64,000 nt of DNA, taken from assembly GCA_051546255.1 (NCBI GenBank), contig CP128822.1:248001-312000 (forward strand). The letters are read 5' to 3'. The notes under the pieces were generated by a model. The model was given only the letters and a program-made list of their open reading frames with translations, searched no databases and was not told where the DNA came from. Shown in pieces: positions 41,737 through 51,932 of this stretch. Positions within the stretch are counted from its first letter, which is position 1; each line of letters begins with the position of its first letter. The DNA comes from Meyerozyma guilliermondii (Eukaryota). The position numbers were made by a program, and so were the translations under genes.

Positions 41737-42387
41737 ATGATCCTTCAATTGCTATCGTGTGTCGGGGCTATTGTTGGCTTTGTCTTTCTTGTGCTAGCCA
41801 TTGCTGCTGCGCTCTACTATATTTCGGAGTTGGTGGAAGAACATCTGGAACCTACCAAGCGGTTATTAACAAGATTGATATATTGCGTTATGGGCATATT
41901 TGTCCTCTTGGTGGTGGTGGACAGGTTTCCCATAATGCTTACTGCGTTTTCCATTTTCTCCTACTGGGTGTACCTTAAAAACTTGACGCGGTTTCCTTAT
42001 GTCGAGCTTTCTTCACCAGTATTTTTGGTGTCTTGTGTTCTCGTCATTGCCAATCACTTTTTATGGTTCAGCCATTTCCACAACCCATATATTCCTCCTA
42101 TCGAGGAACGACTTAAGCACGACTATATACCGCCTCGCATTCCGCTGTTCATGGAGGTTTGCTCGTTCTTTGGCTTGTGTGTTTGGTTTGTTCCATTCGC
42201 CTTGTTCGTGAGTTTGAGTGCTCATGACAATTTACTACCCCACCACATTGCCGTCTCTAATGATCACGATAAAAAGAAGAATAATGGTCTTGCCAAAGTG
42301 GTGGTTGCTCATTTGCGCGAGTTTGTGTATTCGGTGAGCCGGCGCCTCGGCTACGAGTTGGATCCTAACCACGGAAGAATCGCTTAA
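41737..42387 (+). CDS. SVP26: ER-Golgi cargo adaptor Svp26 (Erv26/TEX261 family)
   Basis: LAIAAALYYISELVEEH, NHFLWF, FFGLCVWFVPFALFVSLSA. Confidence 0.9.
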   Translation: MILQLLSCVGAIVGFVFLVLAIAAALYYISELVEEHLEPTKRLLTRLIYCVMGIFVLLVVVDRFPIMLTAFSIFSYWVYLKNLTRFPYVELSSPVFLVSCVLVIANHFLWFSHFHNPYIPPIEERLKHDYIPPRIPLFMEVCSFFGLCVWFVPFALFVSLSAHDNLLPHHIAVSNDHDKKKNNGLAKVVVAHLREFVYSVSRRLGYELDPNHGRIA

Positions 42388-42407
42388 ATCACTATATATA
42401 ATTGCTA

Positions 42408-43904
42408 TCATCCCAAAAACAGCTTCATGGGCGGCCCAATATGCTCAAGACTCAACAAAAACGTATCGTGTCCGTAGTTGCTTATATCGGTGCCAAGTTC
42501 AAAGTAGCGAATGTCTCCAGTGGCTCCAGCGTCTTTGAGCACACTGACAATTTCTCTCTGTTGCCACACGGGGAAGAGAATATCAGATTCCACGCCAATG
42601 ACGAGAATATCTTTGTGGGCAATCTTCTTGAGTCCTTGGCGCAAATCGTCAAGTGCTTCTTCTGGTGAAATGACAGAGGAAGATTTTTTTTCGGAGTATG
42701 GTTTTTCAGGAACCGGAGTTGGTGATTGCCCTCCATTTTGCAACGTCAGTTGTCTGTTCTTGGATGCTCTTTCTCGGTTTGAAAGGCTCAAGTCGAACAA
42801 ATCCATGGCTTTACTAACATAAAGAAGCGAATTTGCATCATATTCAAGGCAGAATTTTTCACCAGCATGATCAAGATAAGTCTCCACCAGGAAGTCAGGA
42901 CACAACGCTGGCGGTTTTGAGTCGTCTGCCCGGTTGCGACCAAATCTGTATTCCCATTCGGGGCCCAGACGATAGGTGACAGTAGCGATTTCTCGCGCCA
43001 ACTTCATACCGATATGTGGAGGAATTTTGTTGTAATAAAACCCACGATTCCAGTTGGGATCACTCATGAGTACCTGCCTCTGTGTGTGACGAAGCGCAAT
43101 CAGGTATGGATGGGACCTGGCACATCCACTAATCAGCACCACTTTTTCCACCTCATCGGGAAACTCCCAAGCATAGGCTAACGACTGCATTCCTCCCATT
43201 GAAGCTCCAACTGAAGCATGAACCTTGCTCACGCCGAAAACATTGCGTATGAGTTCTCGCTGGGCTCTCACCATATCGTTTACCGTGATTATAGGAAACC
43301 TTGTTCCGTAATAATCGTTATTTGCTGGGTCTTTAGAAGATGGTCCAGTTGACCCATAACAACCTCCAAGAACATTTGTACACACTACAAAGTACTTGTC
43401 AGTGTCCAAGTAGAGTCCTGGACCAATAACGTTTTCCCACCACCCAGGCTTTGTATTTTTCGGTTGAGACTTGGCATGAGAAGAAGCTGATAATCCAGTA
43501 TGAATAAGTACCAAATTGGACTTTGTAGCATTGAGCGTTCCCCATGTTTCGTATGCTATTGTGTACTCCGGCAAGTAGCCGCCGTGGTCAAAATAGATCG
43601 GTTCTGTAGACTTGTAAACGTCAAATCCGGTTTGCACTTGGCCATAAGATGGTTCCGGTCCACCTTCAAGCGAGCTTATTCCCGAATCCGGACCACAACT
43701 TTGCCCGCTGGACAACTCCTCTGTCTTTTTTTCGAGTCTATCAAGACACGGGAATGCCATTTGAGGATTGGAACCTTCATTTGGACTTTTTTGGTTTTGG
43801 AATGGAACCGATTTTTCAGCATACTGACGTAACGACGTCGCAAAAAGACGATGGGCCAACTTTGGCGTACGAAACCCTGATTTTATGACTCGGGCACCGA
43901 TCAT
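42408..43904 (-). CDS. MetX-family alpha/beta-hydrolase acyltransferase, probably serine O-succinyl/acetyltransferase (S. pombe Cys2/Aspergillus CysA-like), mitochondrial
   Basis: [28 protein letters not shown] nucleophile, GHDTFL; ATG at 43904 with an Arg-rich presequence. Confidence 0.8.
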   Translation of the reverse strand: MIGARVIKSGFRTPKLAHRLFATSLRQYAEKSVPFQNQKSPNEGSNPQMAFPCLDRLEKKTEELSSGQSCGPDSGISSLEGGPEPSYGQVQTGFDVYKSTEPIYFDHGGYLPEYTIAYETWGTLNATKSNLVLIHTGLSASSHAKSQPKNTKPGWWENVIGPGLYLDTDKYFVVCTNVLGGCYGSTGPSSKDPANNDYYGTRFPIITVNDMVRAQRELIRNVFGVSKVHASVGASMGGMQSLAYAWEFPDEVEKVVLISGCARSHPYLIALRHTQRQVLMSDPNWNRGFYYNKIPPHIGMKLAREIATVTYRLGPEWEYRFGRNRADDSKPPALCPDFLVETYLDHAGEKFCLEYDANSLLYVSKAMDLFDLSLSNRERASKNRQLTLQNGGQSPTPVPEKPYSEKKSSSVISPEEALDDLRQGLKKIAHKDILVIGVESDILFPVWQQREIVSVLKDAGATGDIRYFELGTDISNYGHDTFLLSLEHIGPPMKLFLG

Positions 43905-43985
43905 TGATGGTTCTAAGCCAATTGATACTTCAGAAACCACTCGATGATGGTTTAGTGATTAGTGATCTGAGTTCGTTATATCATC

Positions 43986-43992
43986 TCACGTG
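43986..43992. promoter_or_regulatory. Cbf1 site TCACGTG upstream of the MetX-like acyltransferase
   Basis: TCACGTG about 80 bp 5' of the ATG. Confidence 0.55.
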
Positions 43993-44365
43993 CGGAGCCA
44001 TCTTAAATCGCAGCTGCTTAGGTCAGCGGGACTTACAAGAGAGAAATTGTAAGTTTAGAATCGTGAGTTTAAGGTCGTGGATGGCTACCTCGCATTTCAC
44101 TAGAGAACACACAACGTATCTTTTTTAGAGTCGAGAGTATAAGACGCAGTTGGAACAATATAGCTTTTTATTCAGTATTACGAAATATGAGGTTGTTACC
44201 TTATGATAATTCATAAGAATCTAGAAAATATTGAATCTATTTTGCTTTTAGCAATATCTACATATGAAGTTCCTTAGTGTTGTTTCTTATCGTTCTTTTC
44301 TGCTCTCTCTGGCTGCGAATCTCATTTTTCCTGCACCAAGCTAACCAAGTTCTCACTGAATTTAT

Positions 44366-45145
44366 ATGCTGCGCATGTACCGCCCTCTAGCTCTATGTTG
44401 GCTTCTATTCCCAGCTACTTTTGCTTTGCTGATTCCCATTCTGGTGCTACTACTGCCGTTAAGGCAATGGGTCCAGCGTAGCTATATCATAGCCCATCTA
44501 AATGTTGTGCTAGTGGAGCATGGATATTTCTGGTTCACGGCGGTTTATTTGGGACATTTAACGCATTACACAAACAAGAACTGGGTGGTTCCGTATGATA
44601 AGATTGCTCGGGAGCTGTTGATATACCTCGTAAACACATTATTTTGCATTTTGGCTACGATCTGGTGCTTTGGTCCTCTGATTTTTGAGCGGATAGATGT
44701 AGCTGCGGGCGGCCATTGTGAGCGTATATCAGGGGAATTGATTCAGCTCAGCAGGAGTAAATGTGATGTGCAAACTGATACGATATGGATCAACGGGTTT
44801 GATATTTCGGGACACTTTTACTTGTTGGTGTCGATCAGTTTGCTAGTTTTGCAGCAATTGATTGGTGATGGAAGCTTGGGTATATGGACCCAACGGCTCG
44901 ATATGGACTTGGAGCAAGGCGAGGAGCCTTCAGGGGTCCCCAGTGGTGAGAATACAGAAGCTCCGGCCATAATAGCCAAGTTGGACTGGTGGATACTTCA
45001 TCTAGCTGTGACTCTCGTTGGCTGCTGGTACGCCGAATTTGTCATTACGTGCTTGTTCTTCCATACAACTTTAGAAAAGTTCTGTGGTTTGGTGGCGGCC
45101 ATGGTAGTGCCGTTGGTCACGTTACGTTACATAATTACAGATTAG
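44366..45145 (+). CDS. YFT2: FIT-family (Scs3/Yft2) acyl-CoA diphosphatase / lipid-droplet protein
   Basis: WCFGPLIFERI...GGHC, WINGFDISGHFYLL, TCLFFHTTLEK. Confidence 0.7.
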   Translation: MLRMYRPLALCWLLFPATFALLIPILVLLLPLRQWVQRSYIIAHLNVVLVEHGYFWFTAVYLGHLTHYTNKNWVVPYDKIARELLIYLVNTLFCILATIWCFGPLIFERIDVAAGGHCERISGELIQLSRSKCDVQTDTIWINGFDISGHFYLLVSISLLVLQQLIGDGSLGIWTQRLDMDLEQGEEPSGVPSGENTEAPAIIAKLDWWILHLAVTLVGCWYAEFVITCLFFHTTLEKFCGLVAAMVVPLVTLRYIITD

Positions 45146-45298
45146 ATTTGTCATAGGCTGCTAAAAATTGGTCATGCTGCTTGGTACGGCTGTGAAGTCA
45201 TCGCGCGATTTGTGCTGCGATCTGGGCGATTATGCCGCAATTTGCATATAAAGAGCGGCTGCGAACACCTTTGACATATTTGCGATAACGACAAAATC

Positions 45299-48200
45299 AT
45301 GCAGGAATTACTAGTACAGTTATCCAATGTTCATTGTGAGGACTGTGAGGACACCATCATTGCAGTACTCTCTCGCTTCTTTGAACTTCAGCGTGGGCCG
45401 GAAGACGTTCCGCAAAATGAATCGTCGGTTTTTTTCAAACTTTCACATCAAAAAACCGTTGTGTTAGCCGACCAATATGACAGAATTAAAGGCTCCGTCA
45501 AAAAGATTGTGAAAGCTTTGGCAGCAAATGGCTTTGACGTTCTCTCGTGGGAGTTGTTTGTGGACAAAACTCTCGACATAAGCTCTGAAACCTCAGAAGT
45601 TCATCATGCATCCAGACTTCCCATTGAATTAGACAAAGACTTTTTTGATATTTTTGGTTTTTTTTCGAAAAGAAGAGAAAGAAAGCTTATCGCTAACCAC
45701 TTGAAGCATTGCCGCAAGTGTCGATTCGATGCGGAAACCACTTCTTCCTCCGATGAAGATGTCAAATTTGTGGTGGACAAACCCTTCCAGGAATACCGAG
45801 CAGTATTTTCTGTTAGTGGTATGTCTTGTGCTTCGTGTGTACAGACGGTGTCCTCGACGATTTCGAGTGTGATGGAGGCCAACGAAATGGGCTCTGCTGA
45901 CGAAAAAGACCCGTCGTACTCCGTGAACCTACTACAGCACAGTGCGATTGCAATTGTAACGAACAAGCAAATTGTAAATAAACTCGTGGATGCTATAAAC
46001 GAAACAGGTTTTGAGTGTCAATTGCTCGAGCTACTTCCTGTCCAGCGGTCTACGAACACCAGAGTCAATGCTATCATTGGAGGAATTACTTGTGCTGCCT
46101 GTGTTAATACCATCGAGAATGCGGTGAAAGATCTCCCATTTGTGCTTGAATCCGGAGTCAACGTGGTGACGAAGTCGGCACAGTTTGTCTTGGAAGATGA
46201 CGACAATTCAAATATCGAAAAGTTGAAAAATAGAGTTGAAGAATGTGGCTATGACTTTGAACTTACGAGCAAAGAGCTGATAAATTATACCCTGAGCACA
46301 AAGAAGTCTCGTACAATCAACGTCAGCGTCGATAAAATGTTCTGCAATCACTGCCCCGAAGTTATTACTGACTACTTGAACAGTTTTGGTGACGCCGTGG
46401 TGATCCAGGATCCAATCACTCTCAAAAGACCTTTCATAAAATTCACATACGTGCCCAACTTGGAGAAAAATATCAACTTGAGACGGTTCTTATTCGATTT
46501 GAACCATATTCATCCTACAGACGATGAACCTGGCTACAAAATTGTGCCTGAAGAAGAAGGTTCGTTTGACTGCACTTACATCGAACAGGTTTCCGTGGAC
46601 GAGCACTTGCGGAAATTGACCAGAAAGGAAACCAGAAGAATCATAGTTCGTCTTATATTGGCTACAGTAACTGCTATTCCCACATTGATTTTCGGGGTGA
46701 TTGCTATGTCTCTTTTGCCAAAATCGAGCTCGTTTAGAAAGTGGATAGAAGAACCAATATGGGCGGGCAATGTCTCGAGAGTTGTGTGGATTTTACTAAT
46801 CATAAGTACACCTGTGTATCTCTTTGCAGCAGACATCTTTCACCAAAAGGCTTTTAAAGAGTTGAAATCGTTGTGGCTTTACAAAAACTCTTGGAAGAAA
46901 AGATTGTTTCGCTTTGGGTCCATGAACCTACTCATGTGTCTTGGTACATCTATTGCCTACTTTGCAAGCATAGCATTGCTTATCCTCAGTTCCCAGCAGA
47001 AGAAGCATACCGATATGGGACTTCATACCACGTATTTCGATTCAGTGGTCTTCTTGACATTCTTCCTTTTGATCGGCCGGTTATTGGAAAGTTACTCCAA
47101 GAGCAAAACCGCAGATGCCATTTCACAGCTCAGTACATTCAAAGCGTCTGAGGCCACGTTGGTTCATCTTCGGTCCAAAGAAGAGCAACCACAAGTATTT
47201 GAAAAAGACCAAAAAGTTGATGTCAAGCTACTTGAGATAGACGATTATATCCGCATATCCTCCGGTGAATCTCCTCCAGTGGACTGTGTCATAGTTTCTG
47301 GCGAGTCTTCCTTTGACGAGTCGGCTTTGACCGGCGAGTCTGTCCCGGTGAAGCATACTGTTGGACACCAAGTCTTCTCTGGAACCGTCAATGTGGGCCA
47401 CCATTCAGTGGTTGCAAAAATCTCCAGTCTAGAAGGAGATTCTTTGATCGACCAAATCGTGGATACTGTTCGAAATGGACAGTTGAGAAAGGCTCCAATT
47501 GAAAAATTGGCTGATAAGCTCACTGGCTACTTTGTCCCTATCATTACTCTCTTGGCTCTTGTAACATGGATCATCTGGTTGGCGCTTGGATTTTCCGGCG
47601 CTTTACCTCCACAATACTTGGACATCGATATCGGAGGATGGACGGTATGGTCTTTGGAATTTGCAATTGCAGTATTTGTCATTGCTTGTCCCTGTGGTAT
47701 TGGTCTTGCTGCACCAACTGCGTTGTTTGTTGGATCTGGTTTGGCTGCTAACCACGGAATTCTTGCGAAAGGAGGAGGTGTTGCGTTCCAAGACGGCGCT
47801 AATGTGAATGTTGTGTGCTTTGATAAAACAGGAACGTTGACAAATGGTAAACTCGAAGTCACCGACCATGAGTATGTTTGTGACGACCCGTTTTTGAGAA
47901 AGGTGGGACTTCAACTCAGCAGAGATTTGGAGCTTTCTTCCAGTCACCCAATTGCAGAAGCAGTTACGGCGTTTGCTGACTTGAATGCGGACCACCTGTT
48001 TGCAGCCAACAAAACTCCACAAGTGGAAAATATTCCCGGCAAAGGATTGAGAGCCAAGATTAGATTGGATTCCAACGATTCTTCAGAGTGGAAGAAGTTT
48101 GAGTCTAGTGAGGCAATTCTTGGTAACGAGCTGTTATTCAGAGAGCTCAATGTGAATATAAGTTCTGTATCAGCCAAGCTTGAGAATTGGAAGTCAGACA

Positions 48201-48868
48201 GAAAATCTATTGTTCTTGTTGGGTTGGTTTGTGAACTGGTATTTGGAGACAGTCTGTATCACTTGTTGTTGGCCATGGCATGTCGTGACGATATTAGACC
48301 CGAAACAAAAGCAGTAATCAAGTACTTACAAGAAAAACGAGGCATTGAGTGTTGGATGATTTCAGGCGATAACAGGACAACAGCAGAAGCCATTGGAGGA
48401 GAAATCGGAATCATTGCCGACCATATAATTAGTGAAGTTGTTCCCCATGATAAGGAAGCCAAAATCAAGCAAATTCAGCAAGATCGTCTGAAGGTTGTTG
48501 CTATGGTTGGAGACGGAATCAACGATGCACCGTCATTGGCGGCTGCTCAAGTTGGCATTGCGTTATCTTCAGGAGCTGATTTGGCAGTGACTTCGAGTGA
48601 TTTCATCTTGCTTTCGAAACACAGACCATTGGAAGCGCTTGTCACCTTATTGGATTTGTCGAAAGTTGTGTTCAATCGAGTTAAATTCAACTTTTGCTGG
48701 GCGTTGGTGTACAATATTGTTGGTATCCCCATTGCTGCGGGAGTAATATACCCATACCACCAGTCGAGGCTCAGTCCAGTGTGGGCCAGTGCTGCCATGG
48801 CGGCGTCGTCTGTGAGTGTGGTGATGAGCAGCTTGGCATTGAAGCTCTGGAGACCCAAGAAATGGTAG
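45299..48868 (+). CDS. CRP1: P1B-type Cu(I)-exporting ATPase (Candida Crp1/Crd1-like)
   Basis: Metal-binding motifs HCEDC, GMSCASC, GITCAAC, MFCNHC; TGES, CPC, DKTGT, HP, GDGINDAP, YN and MAASS. Confidence 0.8.
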   Translation: MQELLVQLSNVHCEDCEDTIIAVLSRFFELQRGPEDVPQNESSVFFKLSHQKTVVLADQYDRIKGSVKKIVKALAANGFDVLSWELFVDKTLDISSETSEVHHASRLPIELDKDFFDIFGFFSKRRERKLIANHLKHCRKCRFDAETTSSSDEDVKFVVDKPFQEYRAVFSVSGMSCASCVQTVSSTISSVMEANEMGSADEKDPSYSVNLLQHSAIAIVTNKQIVNKLVDAINETGFECQLLELLPVQRSTNTRVNAIIGGITCAACVNTIENAVKDLPFVLESGVNVVTKSAQFVLEDDDNSNIEKLKNRVEECGYDFELTSKELINYTLSTKKSRTINVSVDKMFCNHCPEVITDYLNSFGDAVVIQDPITLKRPFIKFTYVPNLEKNINLRRFLFDLNHIHPTDDEPGYKIVPEEEGSFDCTYIEQVSVDEHLRKLTRKETRRIIVRLILATVTAIPTLIFGVIAMSLLPKSSSFRKWIEEPIWAGNVSRVVWILLIISTPVYLFAADIFHQKAFKELKSLWLYKNSWKKRLFRFGSMNLLMCLGTSIAYFASIALLILSSQQKKHTDMGLHTTYFDSVVFLTFFLLIGRLLESYSKSKTADAISQLSTFKASEATLVHLRSKEEQPQVFEKDQKVDVKLLEIDDYIRISSGESPPVDCVIVSGESSFDESALTGESVPVKHTVGHQVFSGTVNVGHHSVVAKISSLEGDSLIDQIVDTVRNGQLRKAPIEKLADKLTGYFVPIITLLALVTWIIWLALGFSGALPPQYLDIDIGGWTVWSLEFAIAVFVIACPCGIGLAAPTALFVGSGLAANHGILAKGGGVAFQDGANVNVVCFDKTGTLTNGKLEVTDHEYVCDDPFLRKVGLQLSRDLELSSSHPIAEAVTAFADLNADHLFAANKTPQVENIPGKGLRAKIRLDSNDSSEWKKFESSEAILGNELLFRELNVNISSVSAKLENWKSDRKSIVLVGLVCELVFGDSLYHLLLAMACRDDIRPETKAVIKYLQEKRGIECWMISGDNRTTAEAIGGEIGIIADHIISEVVPHDKEAKIKQIQQDRLKVVAMVGDGINDAPSLAAAQVGIALSSGADLAVTSSDFILLSKHRPLEALVTLLDLSKVVFNRVKFNFCWALVYNIVGIPIAAGVIYPYHQSRLSPVWASAAMAASSVSVVMSSLALKLWRPKKW

Positions 48869-48879
48869 ATATGTATAAA

Positions 48880-49971
48880 TTAGCAGTTGAATACACCACT
48901 GTGAAACCGCACCACCATGACGGTAACATTGTCTGTAGTGGAGTTGTCTATAGCCTGCTGGCAGAGACGCAGAGCCGCGAGTTGAGCATTATTGTTGGAT
49001 TCGTGCAAAACTTGTGATACCGTTTTACACGCAGCAGCGTCCGATATTACGTCCCACACTCCGTCGCATGCCAATATCATGAACTCGTCGTTTTGCGTAA
49101 TTTCCGTTGCGGTGGTGAATGGCACTCCTATAACCAAGTCTTTCATGTAGGAGTCGCCGAGGGAGCGAGAAACGGCGAGCACTCCGTTGACTCTGTTCTT
49201 CATGACTAGTCCCCGAGCATTCTTGATACGTTCTATTTCATTGAGATCCGTGGCCTTGTGGTCGTACGATAGGCGATAGGGGTGGCCCAGACGACAGAGA
49301 ACAATCCGCAGGTCTCCCACATTGGAAGTATAAAGTACTCGTTTGTGGTTTGTGGGTACAAAGTCGTATGGATGGTTTTTCTTCTCTGTTTTGCTTTGCA
49401 GTTGTTCCGGTTTTTCTTGTGGAGAATGTCGATTGGCTTCCCATCGAAGCACGGCAACCGCAGCGGTACTTCCAGACAGCCCATTACCCTCTTTTTCATT
49501 CAAGGTGTCGGCACGGAGAAACGCCTGATAGAGATTTTCTTGCATGTCAGAAAGCACTGGAGGATCCAAACGATCTTTTTGTGGGGTGGGCAAGTCACTT
49601 ATGTCCAGATCGTTGTCTTCTGGGTCCACAGGAGACGCCGTCGTCGAAAGTTCACCATGTAGAATTTCCTGCTCCAAGATGGTGTGTAGATTATTTCCAC
49701 ACCAACGAGCTGTCAGCTTGCCTGCGTGGCCATCGAAGATAGCAAAGTAGCCCCAGTCGAGTTTTTCGGCAAAGTTAGCCACATATGTGTGGACATCTTC
49801 CATTTTGGACCGGTAGGTGACATTTTTGTTCTCAGCCACTCCCACCGAAAACGACAATCCAGCGAAGGGATCGTCTGTTTCGTCGTTTGCTGCCGAGTTG
49901 CTTCGAGAACGGGTGCCAGAGGTCTTGGAAATGGACAGCATGGAGCCGGTTCTGTTGTTTTGGAGCAGCAT
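48880..49971 (-). CDS. PTC1: Type 2C protein phosphatase Ptc1
   Basis: MEDVHTY, DWGYFAIFDGHAG, NVGD(S)R, RVNGVLAVSRSLGD, LACDGVWDV, DNVTVMVV; ATG at 49971. Confidence 0.92.
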   Translation of the reverse strand: MLLQNNRTGSMLSISKTSGTRSRSNSAANDETDDPFAGLSFSVGVAENKNVTYRSKMEDVHTYVANFAEKLDWGYFAIFDGHAGKLTARWCGNNLHTILEQEILHGELSTTASPVDPEDNDLDISDLPTPQKDRLDPPVLSDMQENLYQAFLRADTLNEKEGNGLSGSTAAVAVLRWEANRHSPQEKPEQLQSKTEKKNHPYDFVPTNHKRVLYTSNVGDLRIVLCRLGHPYRLSYDHKATDLNEIERIKNARGLVMKNRVNGVLAVSRSLGDSYMKDLVIGVPFTTATEITQNDEFMILACDGVWDVISDAAACKTVSQVLHESNNNAQLAALRLCQQAIDNSTTDNVTVMVVRFHSGVFNC

Positions 49972-50087
49972 GACGGCAGGTATCTCAAGTGTGAAGATGA
50001 GTTTGGCGGTGGTTTTCGATTTGGTGCAGTGGGCGCGGATAAGGTGAGAATCGGTTGCACACAACTGATAAGCAAGTTTTGTGCCAG

Positions 50088-51821
50088 ATGGTGGGCAAGC
50101 GAAGACGGAGCAGTTGGTACCGCCCGTCGGACTTGTATCCGCTTGAGGACGCTCTGGGTGAGCCTCTGGGTTGTCGTGCCCAAAATAATTGGAAAACCAA
50201 ATTCATTGTGGATCTTCCCATTCCAGTGCTCGGACGAGTGTTTCTGTCGCTTCACACCAACGATCTTTTGCAGGTTTGTTTGGCGTCCAGGATGTTGTAC
50301 CTCCCTGCCACGGTGCAATTGTATAAAAAAATCATCGTTACCGAGTCACACGAACTCAAAAAACTTGCCATCTCGCAGCTGAGGCTATCGTGGGTCAACT
50401 ATGGAACCTTAATTCACTCGTCGAAATTGGCGTTGTTGTTGCGGACGGTCCACGACAGCACAAAGCTCGCCGACTTGATCCGCTCTATCATTTTTGTTGA
50501 CGAAACGGTGTGTTTTGATGTCAATTCGTCACAGTCTGTCGAAGTCAGTGTTCAGCGCCAATTGGTGGAAACGTTACAAGCAATATTGACTCGGGTCCGC
50601 CTCAATGAGCTCTGGTGTCTCTTGGACGGCAGCAAAATGACCCTTTCTTTTCATGCTCCGTCGTTGCTGAGACTAGCATTGTCGGTAGAGACGTTTGAGC
50701 CATCGGCGCAAAGCCAATTTAACTTTCCTCGCCTCACTCATCTCAAGATATACTACCAGCGAGAGTCCGCCTGCCTGGTTGCGGGAACCGTGGAGCTTGC
50801 AAAACTTTTTTCTCTGCAAAAGCTTTCCACATTGGAGTTTGAGGAAATGCACCAGCTGTCTCTCGAGTCTCTCAATCGTGCCAACTCCATGCTGAGAGAT
50901 CAGAACCAGACGATATGGCCCCAGTTCTTTGAGGTGCTCCTGAGTAGCGGCACAAAACTCACACTCACTAGACTTGGACTCGACGGGTTCATCAACGACG
51001 GTGGTGCACACCTCGCAAAACTACTCAGCAATACCGTTGACTTATCGCACCTAATTTCTCTCCAGCTCAATGTCAAGGAAACCTCTCATTTGCACCACTC
51101 CCACGACGACTACTCATCAACCTTGCTTGAAAATCTCACTGCCTTGACTCCCAATTTGCGCAAGTTGGCTACCCATCCCACCTACGACTGTCTTTTCTGC
51201 CAACACAGCTCTCTCATCAACACGCTCTCCAAGAACATTCCAGACCAATTATCGACGCTTTTCGCCGTGGTAGAGTCCCCTACAAGCGCATACACCCAGG
51301 CCGTATACGATTGCATAGGTTCCACCCAGCACAAGTTGGTCAACTTGAAATTGCTCGATAGGTCTTCGCAAGTGGCTGACGCTTCGGCAATGCTCCAGCA
51401 CCTCATGAGCGATGACTACTCGTGGTATATACGAGCACTTTACTACGAACTGGTGCTCAAACAGTCTGTCTACAAAAACTACTTTCTCTACGATATCGAG
51501 TGCATTTCTTCAGTGATAAACTCAGCCGGCTACAACCACGAACTATTCTCCGTACGAACCAACAGCGTCATTCTCAACGATACCATGGTGGAGTTTGTGA
51601 AAAAAAATCATCAAAGACTTTCTAGGTTTCTCATAGATTATTTTGCAGTCGAGCCGCACTGTGTGTCGCCGAGACCAGTTCTCCACCTCCCGCAATTGCA
51701 ATATTTGTCCATTCTCGGCCTCAGTATCTTCTTCACACAATGCAACGGCCGCCGCCGCACCCAGTTCATGCTCAATTACGGAGACCAGTACATTGACCTC
51801 AATGGGCTCGAGCCGCTGTGA
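50088..51821 (+). CDS. F-box protein of unknown specificity (leucine-rich C-terminal region)
   Basis: N-terminal F-box pattern IVDLPIPVLGRVF(S)SLHTNDLLQVCLASRMLYLPATVQLYKKI; ATG at 50088. Confidence 0.7.
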   Translation: MVGKRRRSSWYRPSDLYPLEDALGEPLGCRAQNNWKTKFIVDLPIPVLGRVFLSLHTNDLLQVCLASRMLYLPATVQLYKKIIVTESHELKKLAISQLRLSWVNYGTLIHSSKLALLLRTVHDSTKLADLIRSIIFVDETVCFDVNSSQSVEVSVQRQLVETLQAILTRVRLNELWCLLDGSKMTLSFHAPSLLRLALSVETFEPSAQSQFNFPRLTHLKIYYQRESACLVAGTVELAKLFSLQKLSTLEFEEMHQLSLESLNRANSMLRDQNQTIWPQFFEVLLSSGTKLTLTRLGLDGFINDGGAHLAKLLSNTVDLSHLISLQLNVKETSHLHHSHDDYSSTLLENLTALTPNLRKLATHPTYDCLFCQHSSLINTLSKNIPDQLSTLFAVVESPTSAYTQAVYDCIGSTQHKLVNLKLLDRSSQVADASAMLQHLMSDDYSWYIRALYYELVLKQSVYKNYFLYDIECISSVINSAGYNHELFSVRTNSVILNDTMVEFVKKNHQRLSRFLIDYFAVEPHCVSPRPVLHLPQLQYLSILGLSIFFTQCNGRRRTQFMLNYGDQYIDLNGLEPL

Positions 51822-51932
51822 CAATGTCACAATGAGAGCCGCAGGCACATGTCAACCAAAAAAACACACCCACACACCATTTACCCCATACATATCCCAC
51901 GTCTCCAGCCACAATTAACACATTCCAATCGC

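Noticed and set aside
49713..50382. 201-aa and 218-aa ORFs spanning the PTC1/F-box junction
   Set aside because: They overlap two well-supported genes in other frames; no domain signal
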